A stretch of DNA of 64,000 bases from positions 140,058,001-140,122,000 of the forward strand of contig NC_086104.1 of assembly GCF_963921235.1 (NCBI RefSeq), in the 5' to 3' direction. The position numbers and the translations under genes were made by a program. This stretch comes from Mobula hypostoma (Eukaryota). This document shows, one piece after another, positions 38,760-51,285 of the stretch; positions within the stretch are counted from its first letter, which is position 1, and each line of letters starts with the position of its first letter. The notes below the pieces were generated by a model. The model saw only the letters and a list, made by a program, of their open reading frames with translations. It was not told where the DNA came from and did no database searches.

Positions 38760-41044
38760 GTTGCTGAAGAGATAATAGATGCATTGGCCATGATTTTTCA
38801 GGAATCATTTAATTCTTGCATGGTCCCAGAGGACCGGAAGATTGCAAATATCACTCCACTCTTTAAGAAGAGAGGAAAACAAAAGAAATGTAATGATGGC
38901 CATTTAACCTATCCTCAGTGGTTGGGAAAGTGTTGGAGGCTATTATTAAAGATGAGGTTTTGGGGCACTTTGTGACTAATGATAAAATGAGTCAAAGTCA
39001 GTATAGTTTCTGTGAATGGAAATATTGCCTGACAAATCTATTGGAATTCTTTGAGCAAGTAATATACAGGGTGGACAGGGGAGTGGCAGTGAATGTTACT
39101 TACTTGGATTTTCAGAAAGAATTTGATAAGGTGCCTCACATGAGGCTGCTTAACAAGATAAATTCCTATGGTGTTACAGGAAAGATATTGGCATGAATAG
39201 AGGAATGGCTGACAGGCAGGAGGCAGTGAGTGGGAATAAACAGGGCCTTTTCTGGTTGGCTGCCAGTGACTAGTAGTGTTTATCAGGGGTCAGTTTTGGG
39301 ACTGCTACTTTTTACATTATTTCTCAGTGATGTGGATAATGGAATTGATGGCTTTGTGGCAAAGTTTGTAGATGCTATGAAGATAGGTGGAGGGGTAGGT
39401 AGTGCTGAGGAAGCAACATGATTGTAGCTGGAGTTAGACAAATTGGAAGAATGGACAAAAAAGTGGCAGATGGAATACAGTGTTGGAAAATGTACGATAA
39501 TGCATTTTAGTAAATAGTGCAGACTATTATCTAACTGGAGAGAAGGTTGAAACGCAGAGGTGCAGAGGGACTTGGGAGTCCTCATGCAAGACTCCCAGAA
39601 GGCTAATTTACAGGTTGAGTCTGTGGTAAAGAATGCAAATGCAAAGTTGGCATTTATTTCAAGGAGAATAGAATATAAAAGCAAGGAGACAATGCTGAAG
39701 ATTTATAAGACACTAGTCAGGCTGCGTTTGGAGTATGCCAACAGTTTTGAGCCCCATATTTCAGAAGGGATGTGTTGTCATTGGAGAGAGTCCATAGGAG
39801 TTTCACAAGGATAATTCTGGGAATGAAGGAGTTAATATGTGAAGAGCATTTGGCAGCTTTGGGCCTGTGCTCAGTGGAACTTAAAAGAATGCGTGGGGAT
39901 CTCATTGAAACCTACCAAATGTTGAAAGGACTAGATAAGGTGCCTTTGGAGAGGATGTTTCCTCTGGTGGGTGTATTCAGAACTAAAGGGCACAGCCTCA
40001 AAATTGAGGAGTGACCTTTTGGAACACAAGCAATGAGGATTTTTTTTTTAGCCAGAGAGTTGGGAATCTGTGGAACTGTCTGCCACAGATTGTGGTGGAG
40101 ACCAAGCTCATGGGTATACTTAAAGTGTAAGTTGATAGATTCCAGATTGGTCAAGGCATCAAAGGATATGGTGAGAGGGCAGGTGTATGGGGTTGAATGG
40201 GATCTGGGATCAGACATGACGAAATGATGGAGAGGACTCAATGGGCTGAATGGCCTTATTCTGCTCCTATGGCTTATGGTGTTATGGTCTTTCCGATCTA
40301 CAACACTTCCCAGGGCCCTAACATTTACTATGTATACCTTGCCATGGTTTGCAGTTGTCCGAACTAAGTTCCATCTGCCCCTCTTTGGTCTGCTTTGCAT
40401 TAATCTGGACCCTGTTGTAATCTCAGATAACCATCTTCACTGCCCACTATTCCATCAACTTTAGTGTCACCCATAATCTTACTAACTATAACACCTTCAT
40501 TTTCATCCAAGTCATTGATAAAAATAATTAATAATAGCGAATCCAGCACTGATGCCTGAGGTAGTTAGCTGGTCAAAGGCCCCCAGTTTGAAAAACAGGA
40601 TTCTGCCTCTACTATCAAGCTAATTCTGTAAACAATTAGTTGCTTCCTTGGATCCAAATTTCCACACTATGCACAAACATGTATTTACACTCATGCATAT
40701 ATTTATATTGTAAATATATTATATATTTATTTTATATAGATATAAAATAATTTGTGCTCACAAATGGAAAAGTCTACAAAAAATGATGGATACTCTCAGT
40801 TCATCACAAGAAAAGTCCTTCCACCATTGAGCACGTCTACAGGGAGTACTGCCGCAGAAAAGTATCATCATCAAGGACTTGCACCATCCAGGCCATGTTC
40901 TCTTCACACCACTGCCATCAAGAAGGAAGTGCAGCCAAATTAGGTCCCACACCACCAGGTTCAGGAACAGTTATTACCCTTCAACCATTGGGCTCCTGAT
41001 GCAGGATGAATAATCTCACTCTGCTCAACAGTGAGATGATTCAA

Positions 41045-41750
41045 TAGACAATAGACAATAGATGCAGGAGTAGGCCATTTGGCCCTTTGAGCCAGCACCG
41101 CCATTCACCGTGATCATGGCTGATCATCCGCAATCAGTACCCTGTTCCTGCCTTCTCCCCATATCCCTTGACTCCGCTATCTTTAAGAGCTCTATCTAAC
41201 TCTTTCTTGAAAGAATCCAGAGAATTGGCCTCCACTGCCTTCTGAGGCAGAGCATTCCACAGATCTACAACCCTCTGTGTGAAAAAGTTTTTCCTCAACT
41301 CTGTTCTAAATGGTCTACCCCTTATTCTTAAACTGTGGCCTCTGGTTCTGGACTCCCCCAACATCGGGAGCATGTTTTCTGCCTCTAGCATGTCCAATCC
41401 CTTAATAATCTTATATGTTTCAAACAGATCCCCTCTCATCCTTCTAAATTCCAGTGTATACAAGCCTAGTTGCTCCAATCTTTCAACATATGACATTTCC
41501 GCCATTCCTGGAATTAACCCAGTGAACCTACACTGCACTCCCTCCATAGCAAGAATGTCCATCCTCAAATTTGGAGACCAAAACTGCACACAATACTCCA
41601 GGTGGGGTCTCACTAAGGCCTTGTACAACTGCAGAAGGACCTCTTTGCTCCTATACTCAACTCGCCTTGTTATGAAGGCCAACATGCCATTAGCTTTCTT
41701 CACTGCCTGCTGTACCTGTATGCTTACTTTCAGTGACCAATGAACAAGAA
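41045..41750 (-). mobile_element. Young CR1 LINE 3' fragment
   Basis: Uninterrupted 189-aa RT C-terminus (LYKALVRPHLEYCVQFWSP, RTRGHSL, FFTQRVV) and a tandem-repeat tail. Confidence 0.92.
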
Positions 41751-41907
41751 CTGATTCCGCAAACTATGGACTCTCTTTCAAAGATTCTACAACTCATGTT
41801 CTCGGGATTATTTATTTACTTATTTATATATTTTTTAATTTGGACTGTTTGTTAGTCTTTTTGTGTAACATTTTATTGGTTCTATTGTATTTCTTTGTTT
41901 TACTGTT

Positions 41908-42309
41908 CATTATGCCACTGGTGTTTAGTGCAGCAGTGAATGTCCTTCATCTCTGCTGGTGTTCAGGGCTTCCTTTATCATGTTAGGAGCTTCATCTTGG
42001 TTTTCACTACTGTCCGTCATGCAAGCCTCAAGCGGAGACTCAGGGATACCGTCATACTCAGATGTAGAAGGAATTATCATTGCTGTTTCCATAACAGTTT
42101 GGTTTTACCAGTCAAGGTTGTTGACCATGAGGTGAACCCCTGAACCTAGAGGACCGGTGGACCACTATTGGAGCCACCCTTTGATCTGTGTGGCATGGGC
42201 GACCCTACCAAAGAGCCAAAGCATATAGCCCTGATTCCAGCCAACATAGCCCTTCTTTGAGGTAGGCAAGCCTCCAAACCCTACGGCAAAGCTGTGGTCC
42301 TCTTGGAGA
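41908..42309 (-). mobile_element. Probable non-autonomous retroposon nested in a Rex1-like 3' tail
   Basis: Flanked by the direct repeat TTTACTGT. The host tail continues to gataataaa-type sequence at ~42380. Confidence 0.45.
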
Positions 42310-43769
42310 TTTACTGTGAATGTCTGCGAGAAAATGAATCTCAAGGTAGTATTTGGTGCCATATATGTACTTCAATAATAAATTTACATCAAACTTGTAA
42401 CATATACATAAGCTCATGTACATAGACATATTGTAAAATTATCTGTGAATCTCCTGGAATCAAATGGAGTGTACAAATAAACACAAATCATCATTGAAGA
42501 TTTTTAAAAAAATATAATTCAGCTCATTAGAAGCTTATAAATGTAGCCAGAATATTTTTGCAACAAGATTTAGCTCCCCAACTTTACTGTCAGCAGTTAT
42601 TGTAAATGTTGTGTTACAATCAGCTCAAATCAATTGCCAAAGTCAGTAGTAAGAGTCATTAGTCACTTTTAGAAGTGTGGAGGCAAGCAAACTTTAAGAC
42701 TGCCAAGGGATTATTTCATACTGGAGAGGATGCGAGGGGTTAACAGCAAACCCAGAATGTGCCCCTCTGAAATTACTGTTTAAACCGAGTTCAGTGTTTA
42801 AACACAAAGCAACATGTCAACTTCACAGCCCCAGGGGAGCACATGGATTATTCAGGGAATCCTGTCCATCTGTCTGCCCATCTGTATCAGTTCCAGACTG
42901 GCACAGCAGATAAAATCATTCCTGATTGGTTCAGCAGAACTTTCCAAGATCTCACAGACACACTAAAAAGGGGCGGTGATCTCCACTGAGGAACGAACAG
43001 TGGGGGCTGTCCTTGTTGCTGCCCTCTGGTGTTACAAGCCATGATGTCTCTTTAGAAAGATTTATTTATGAAATTACAATTTTATCTCCTTAAGAATATT
43101 TCCATAACATTCAAATTATGACATAGTATTCCAAACCTGAATGCATCCCAACCACTGTGATACCCATAAGACTCAGCAGGTTTCCAGAGAGCCAGAAGAT
43201 ACCAAATTCTTCTTGGCAATGCATGAGGAACTCAGCAGGCCAGGCAGCAGCTATGGAAAAGAGAAAAAATTCAACATTTCGGGCCAAAACACTTCATTAG
43301 GACTGGAGAGGAAGGAGAGATGTTCCTTCTCCATGAGCATCCAGGCAAGGGCCTATCCTCAGAAGACAGCCTGTTGATCAGCTCAGGTCCAGCCCTCAGT
43401 GACCCACCACTTGGATCTGTGAAGGGAAGCTTTGGCCAGGCCTTGTCAGTCAGCTCCAAGGAGTCCCATGACTAACTTGGCCACCCTCTCTGCACCAGAT
43501 GCTCAAAGGTTAGAAGAGAAAGAGAAGTCAATTGCTACACCAGGAGCACACTCCAGTTCCAGCTGAGGAACTAAAGGGAGATCCAAGGAAATGTGTGACC
43601 TGGGAGAGTGTGGTGTCTGGAACTAAGGAAAAGCCCATTGTAACAGCAACAGGAAGTAACATGGCCTCTCTCTAGATCTCCTCTGTTCTAAGGGTGTACA
43701 GTATTTTGCAAATACTTTACATTAAGGCTCAGTACTATCACAGAAGCTTCTCAAGATCTTATTGGAATA

Positions 43770-44145
43770 TAGAAGATTATGGGGAAGTTTGATAGAGGTA
43801 TACAAATTATGAAGTGTATACTGTAGATAGGTAAGTGCAAGCAGTCTTTTTGCACTGAGTTTGGGTGAATCTACAGCCAGAGGTCAAGGGTTAAAGGTGA
43901 AAAGTTAAACACTTAAAGGCAACATGAGGGGCAACTTCTTCACTCAGGGGATCATGAGAGTTTGGAATAAGTTGCTGGCACAAGTGGTGCACACGAGCTC
44001 ATTTTCCACATTTAAGAGATGTTTGGGTAGGTACATAGATGGCAGAGGTATGGAAGGCCATGGTCTTGGTGCACGTCGATGGGACTCAGCAGCTTATATG
44101 GTTCAGCACAGATTAGAAGGGCTGTCTGTGTTGTACTTTTCTATG
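43770..44145 (+). mobile_element. CR1 3' fragment
   Basis: MRGNFFTQ...VWN.L and the CR1 3' UTR. Confidence 0.7.
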
Positions 44146-44639
44146 ACTAATACGCAATAGCAGAAATGTCCAGAATTTGTTTGCCATGAAAGATTCAACT
44201 AATTTTGATCAGTTACTACATCAGCATTAGAAGGAAACCAGGCAATCATATCCCATTCCACCAGCAAAGTCATTTGAAGCTCCCGCAAAGGAGCAACAGA
44301 GAAGACCATTTCATCCTTAACGTCCAGTACACTGTAGAAATTCACTGCTGAAATTAAATATCATTTACATGAAAATTAAATGTGCTCCTCTCATTATAAA
44401 TGCTGCCTGACCTGCTGAGAAGTTCAGTTTCTGTTTATTTCAGTTTGTCAGCATTGCAGTATCTTTGGGTGATAAAACTCCACAAAGACCTTCAGTAAAA
44501 CATTCTCTTATTTTGCATGCATTCTTTTCCTCCGGGTCTGAGATGTCATTATTAAATGATCTGTAATGAACTACATCCAGTCTCCAGGTTCCAGCCTCCA
44601 GTCTCTGGGTTTTGGCCATTGGGCCTTAATGTCTGTACT

Positions 44640-45850
44640 TAGAAACATAGAAACACAGGAAGAAACATAGAAAACCTACAGCACAATACAGGCCCTTCAG
44701 CCCACAATATTATGCCGAACATGTACTTACTTTAGAAGTTACCTAGGGTTACCCATAGCCCTACATTTTTGTAAGCTCCATGTACCTATTCAGGAGTCTC
44801 TTCAGAGACCCTATTGTATCCGCTTCCACCACCATCACCGGCAGCCCATTCCACGCACTCACCGCTCTCTGCGTGAAAAACTTACCCAGCATCTCCTCTG
44901 TACCTACTTCCAAGCACCTTAAAACTGTGCCCCTTCATGTTAGCCATTTCAGCCTTGGGAAAAAGCCTCTGACTATCCACACGATCAATGCCTCTCACCA
45001 TCTTATACACCTCTATCAGGTCACCTCTCATCCTCCATCGCTCCACGGAGGAAGGCTAAGTTCACTCAACCTATTCTCATAAGGCATGCTCTCCGAGCCA
45101 GGCAACAACCTTGTAAATCACCTCTGTACCCTTCCTATAGTTTCCACATCGTCCTGTAGTGAGGTGACCAGAACTGAGCACATTACTCCAAGTGGGGTCT
45201 GACCAGGGTCTCATACAGCTGTAACATTACCTCTTGGCTCTTGAACTCAATCCTATGGTTGATGAAGGCCAATAAACTGTATGCCTTCTTAACCACACGG
45301 TCAACCTGCACAGCAGATTTGAGTGTCCTGTGGACTCGCACACCAAGATTCTTCTAACCCTCCACACTGCCAACAGTCTAACTTTTATTTTATATTCTGC
45401 CATCATATGTGACACATCTCAAGCCATCAGTCTGAGTGCATCCCTTCTCTATCACCTGCCTATCCTCCCTCTTACACTGCCTACAGGCTTTCTCTATTTG
45501 TGAGCTAGTCGCCCCTTCCTCCGTCTCTTCAGTTCGGTTCTCATCCCCTGCAAATCTAGTTTAAATTCTCCCCAAAAGCATTAGCAAACCTCCCTGCCAG
45601 GATATTGGTCCCCCTCGGATTCAAGTGCAAGCCATCATTATTGTACGGGGCATGTCTGCCCCAAAAGATGTCCCAGTGATCCAGAAATCTGAATCCCTGC
45701 CCCTGCTCCAATCCCTCAGCCACGCATTTATCCTCCACCTCATTCTATTCCTATACTCACTGTTGCATGTCACAGGCAGTAAAGGTGTGACTACTTGCCT
45801 ATAGCTCCTCCCTATCACCCCCTCACTTTCCCTGACCAGGTGAAGGTCAT
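44640..45850 (-). mobile_element. Internally deleted CR1 (ORF1 esterase remnant joined to ORF2 3' end)
   Basis: GFRFLDHWD...DGLHLNPRGTNILAGRF at 45556-45738, RT C-terminus, and (tctatgtt)-type tail at ~44640. Confidence 0.8.
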
Positions 45851-46664
45851 CGATTGACCTTCAATCTTTAGTGTCAATGCCCAGACTAGCTGATGACTAT
45901 GCTCCAAACCCAAACTCTGGGCCAGTATTCGTGTGTCCCCCAAATCAACCCGTTTTGAAAAAACTTAATTGGTTAAAAGAAACAATTAAGTCTGAGTTGC
46001 AATCTCAATGGAGACAGCAGCTCAGCACCATCTTGGCTGGAAGTATTTGTTGCTCCATATTCCAACATCTGTAGTCACTTGTAATCTCAGCAGAACGTGT
46101 TAATGCATGCAGAGAGATAATGCATGTGACACCAACATACACACTAACTTGAGCAAACTGACAACAAAGGAAGGCCTGTATATTGTAAAAGACAAACAGG
46201 CTACTTCGTCAACTCACAAACAACACTCGCTTTTTAAACTAAATCAATAACATCCTTGATGAACCAAAATTAGCACAAAAAGCAGTCTGTTTAGAGGGCC
46301 TCTCCAAAATCAGGAACATCCTATACACAATTAGAACAGATTTAGCTGTAGATAATAGGGATCCTCAGCCAAACGAACAATAACACGCACTCATAGCAGC
46401 TACCTAACTTCACAGGGGCATTGTCAATGTAATGTGATGTCAACACCAAGAAGCAAATTTTGGATGAATGACTGAAAGCTTGGTCAAAGAAATAAGGACC
46501 ATTTTAAGAGAGGAGAGGGCCCAATATATTAGTCTATCAATAGGACATGGTAGGGAAGTGGTTAAGCCATGGAACTGGTTCCATGTTCCATATTTCCTTC
46601 CAGTAGTGGAGTACTTTCACACCAACAAGTCCGTGCCAGCTGACAGAGCAAATTCATTCATAAG

Positions 46665-49140
46665 AACATAAGAGATAGGAGCAGGAGTCGGCCATCTGGC
46701 CTATCGAGCCTGCACTGCCATTCAATGAGATCATGGCTGATCTGGCCATGGACGCATCTCCACCTACCTGCCGTTTCCCCATAACTTTTAATTCCCCTAC
46801 TATGCGAAACTCTATCCAACCTGGCCTTAACTATATTTACTTAAGGTAGCCTCCATTGCTACATTAGAAAGAGAATTCCACAGATTCACCACTCTCTGCG
46901 AAAAGCATTTCTCCTCACCTCCATCCTGAATCTACTCCGCCGAAACTTGAGGCTATGTTCCCTAGTCCTAGTCTCATCTAGCAGTGGAAACAACTTTCCT
47001 GCCTCTATCTTATCTATCCCTTTCATAATTTTATATGTTTCTATAAGATCTCCTCTCAATCTTCTGAATTCCAGTGAGTACAGTCCCATGCGACTCAATC
47101 ACCTAACTCCCTCATCTCTGGAATCAACCTGGTGAACCTTCTCTGCACCGCCTCAAAAGCCAGCATATCCTTCCTCAAGTAAGGAGACCAGATCTGCACG
47201 TAGTATTTCAGGTGTGGCCTTACCAATATCCTGTACAGTTGTAGCATAACTTCCCTGCTCTGAGTTCAATCCCTTTAGCAATGAAGGCCAACACTACATT
47301 TGCCTGCTGCACCTGCAAACCAACCTTTTGTGATTCATGTTGAAGCACTTTCAAGTCCCTCTGCACAGCAGTATGCTGCAATGTTTCACTATTTAAATAA
47401 TAATCTGATGTTCTATTTTTCCTTCCAAAGTGGATTACCTCGCATTTACCAACATTGTACTCCATCTGCCCACTCTGTTGCCCACTCACTTAACCTATCT
47501 GTATTTCTCTGCACACTCTCCATATCTTCTGCACAATTTGCTTTTCCACCCAGTTTCGCATCATCAGCAAACATAGATACATTACACTTGGTCCCCTCTT
47601 CCAGATCATAAATTTGTATCATAAACATAGTGGCACACCACTCACCACTGAATGCCAACCAGAGTAATACCCATGGATCCCAGCTCTCCGCTTTTTATGA
47701 ATTAACCTATCCTCTATCCATGCTAATACATCACTCCTGACTCTATGCATCCTTATCTTATGGATAAGATTTCTATGCGGCACCTTATCGAATGTCTTCT
47801 GGAAATCCAAGTAAATAATGCCGGTCTGTTCCCCTCTATACACTGCACTCATTATATCCTCAAGGAACTCCTGTAAGTTTGTCAAACAGGACCTGCCTTT
47901 GCTGAATCCATGCTGCATCTGCCTGATGGATCCATTTCTTTCTAGAAGCCTTGCTATTTCTTCTTTAATGATAGCTTCAAGCATTTTCCCAACTACAGAT
48001 GTTAAACTAACTAGCCTATAGTTACTTGCCTTTTGCCTACATCCTGTTTTGAACAGTGGTATGACATTCGCTATCTTCCAATATGCAGGGACCTGCCCAG
48101 AGTCCGGAAAATTTTGGTTAAATTATCACCAAAGCCTCTACTATAACTTATGCCATTTCTTCCAGTACCCTGGGATGCATTCCATCAGGACAAGGGGACT
48201 TATGTATCTATCTTCAGGCCCACAAGTTTGCTCAGCACTACCTCTTTAGTGATAGCTATTGTATCGAGGTCCTCACCTCCCATCGCATCCATACTTCTCT
48301 CTTTGGCATGTTAGACATGTCCTTTACCATGAAGACTGACAGAAAATACTCTTTCAAAGCCTCGGCCTTTTCCTCATTACCCAATATCAATTCCTTCTTG
48401 TCCTCCAAGGGACCTACATTCACTTTCCGCCTTATATAATTGTAAAAACTTCTACTGTTTTTATATCTTGTGCTCATGTATTTTCATAATCTATCTTCCC
48501 TTTCTTTATTGTTTGCTGAGTTGTTCTTTGACGCTCTTTAAATTTTTCCCAATCTTCCAGTTTCCCACTACTCTTGGACATTTTGTACGCACAAGCTTTC
48601 AGTTTGACGTCTTACATTATTTCCTTAGTTACCCATGGCTGGTTCTCCCCACCTTTACTGTCCTTGCTTTGAACTGGAATATACAGATAAAAGTCTCTTT
48701 GAAAGTCTTCCACTGTCCTCAACCGTCCCAACATATAACCTGTGTTCCTAGTCTACACTAGCCAAATTCTCCCTCATCCCATGTAGTCGCCATTGTTTAG
48801 GCATAATACACTGGTTTTAGATCAAACTACTCCACCTCCATTTGCATGAGAAACTCACTCTTGCTGTGATTACTCTTTCGGAGAGGATCTAAAAGATCAC
48901 CAATTTTATCTGTCTCATTGCATAGGACTGGATTTACGACAGCATGTCCACTTGTAGGTTCAGCAACATGCTGTTCAAGAATGTTATCATGGAAGCATTC
49001 TATGAAGACCTCCTCAAGACTGCCTCGACCAACCTGATTCACCCAGTCTATGTGCAAGTTAATGTCCCCCATGATAACTACTGTTCCATTCTTACATGCC
49101 TCCAATATTTCTCAGTTTATTGCCTGTGCCACTGTAATTC
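46665..49140 (-). mobile_element. CR1 LINE ORF2, decayed
   Basis: QHGFSKGRSCLTN, YLDFQKTFDKVPH, FADDAKLGG, VIMGD.N. Confidence 0.9.
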
Positions 49141-51190
49141 ACCATTTATCTTCTCTGTCATCTGTTCTCCCTATGTTCCCATCCAACTCGTTCAGACTTT
49201 AACACTCATCTGCACACCTGGGGCAAGTAACCAGCCCACAAACCTTTGGAATATAGAAAGAAGTGTGAGCATCACTGTTCATCACAGTATGAACAGACAG
49301 ACTCCACTCAGATAGCACTGGAGCTCAGTATTGAACCCGGGACACTCTGTCCGTGAGGCAGCAGCTTTAGTAAGTACCACTGTGCCATCGCATTAGCTAA
49401 TGTTTCATTGAGGCACAAATCACATCATATAGACAACCCCAATGGGGAATCTGAAATTAAAGACCCGGTATCAGGAATGAAACTACCAGATTGTTATAAA
49501 AACCTGACAGGTCTTTGAAGATTAGGAAGCAAGTCGGGGAGTGGGGGTGGGGGGTTGCCACGGTGATTCAGTGGTTACTTTAGGTGTTTCACAGCTCCAG
49601 TGACCCAGATTCAACCTTGATCTTCTGTGACGTCCACGTGGAGTTTGCACATTTCCTCTGTGACCAGATGGATTCTCTCCCCGCCCCCACCACCAATCCG
49701 AAAGTCTTGCTGGTTAATAGGTGAGCTGACTACTGTAAACCGCATAGGGCCCAGATCAGTGGTAGGAGAATAAGGGAGGGGAAATAGATGCACCTGTGAT
49801 ATGGAATGGCATTGATGTACTTAGTCTGACACCTGGCAAAAGCTTAATGGACTGAACAGCCTCCTTCACTGTTGTAAGGCAATACAAGGCCTACACAACC
49901 AATGCTGTTGGCTGCTAACTACCATCCAGTTCAGGGGAAGTTAATCATGTACAACAAACTCAGGCCCTGTGTCAACCATATGTCCTGTAGGAATATGGAA
50001 AGGGAATTTCAGAGCTCAGGAGCGGAGCAATTCTGCTTTGAAACACTTAGTGCAGCCTAGAAATATTAAATGATTGTTTCAACATTCTCAATTTTGGATT
50101 CTATTTCAATTAACCAGAGACTGTAAGCAAGATATTAATTTATGTTGGAGGAGGCCATTCAGTTCATTACAACCATGCTGGCTTTAAGATTGTTATTCAG
50201 ACATCTTGTCACCTTAGAAATTTTCCGGAAATCATCCAGGTTTTTCTTTCTGCCTGGTTAAACCTTTCAGGCACTGAGTGTCACACCTCTGTGTTTCTTG
50301 AGCTGAAAACTGTTCCTTAGCTTACCCTCCACCATTTACCCTCTCTGACTTCCTCCATATCATCCTATCAAACCCTCTTATAATGCCACATACCTATCAT
50401 TGTAACTGATCAAGGAATCACTTTTCCTGTTTACTATCAACTATATATATTTGCTCCATATTTTAAATTTTTCAATCAAATTCTCTTTCAGCTTCTGTGC
50501 CACGGAGAACACCTCCAAATGTTGGACCTCACCCACAGCAGATTCTAGTGCATCCTTTCTGTACCTTTCTACGGTCATTATACCTGTCGTCCCAAGCCAA
50601 TCACAATAGTGAAGAATGGGGTTGGTTCTCTGTTCTATTCCAGGGGCCAGGGTAGAGGCAAATGGAACAATTTCCTCATGGATAGCAAGTCGCATAGTAA
50701 TGCAGCAAGTACAGTTGCTGTCACATAGTCCAGCGACCTGAATTCAGTCCTGATCTCTGGTGCCACTTGTGTGATGTTTGCATATCCAGTGCCTGTATGG
50801 GCTCCCTCTGTGTACACCAGTTTCCACTCGCACCACAAACTGTGCAGGGTGGTAGGCCACATTTGTGTGGGTGAGTGATATGATCTGTGGAGATTTGAGG
50901 GAAATTGTGGAGACAATAATATGGGTTAGGGTAAGACTGAGTTTGGGCCACTGAGAAAGCAAAGACCATCAATCACCCTGTGAAAGTGCTGATATCAGAA
51001 TGAGTACTTGGTGGTCAATGTGGCGGCAATGGACTGAAGGTCCTGCCTCTATGTTGTATACCAATGTGGAAGTATTTTCTGAGCAGATCCTTGCATCTTC
51101 AAACCCAATCACAGGATCACACAGAGACTCGGAAGAGTTAAACAAAGCTAGGTGTTTTATTAACAAAACAAAACAGTTGAACTTAGAAGG

Positions 51191-51285
51191 CAAACACGAG
51201 GGTGAAGGGTCTCGGCCCAAAACGTCAACTGTACCTCTTCCTAGAGATGCTGCCTGGCCTGCTACGTTCACCAGCAACTTTTATG
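51191..51285 (+). mobile_element. 95-bp Penelope terminal fragment with inverted tip
   Basis: 13-bp TSD TGAACTTAGAAGG at 51178-51190 and 51286-51298. Begins with caaacacgagg, the reverse complement of the element 3' end. Confidence 0.8.

Larger units (their letters stand above)
36745..40280 (+). mobile_element. CR1 LINE ORF2 (EN + RT), decayed, interrupted by Penelope
   Basis: IYRPPN, LGGSDH, KSPGPDGLHPRVLKE, YLDFQKEFDKVPH, CR1 3' UTR. Confidence 0.9.

Noticed and set aside
42900-43000. Reverse CCAAT plus GC box as an alternative promoter
   Set aside because: Short motifs in a CpG-poor context are expected by chance; no supporting exon.
46468-46671. Possible exon of a neighbouring gene (also 50441-50695), e.g. 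SLC23A2
   Set aside because: No recognisable protein similarity in the frames examined and no consistent splice-site pair.
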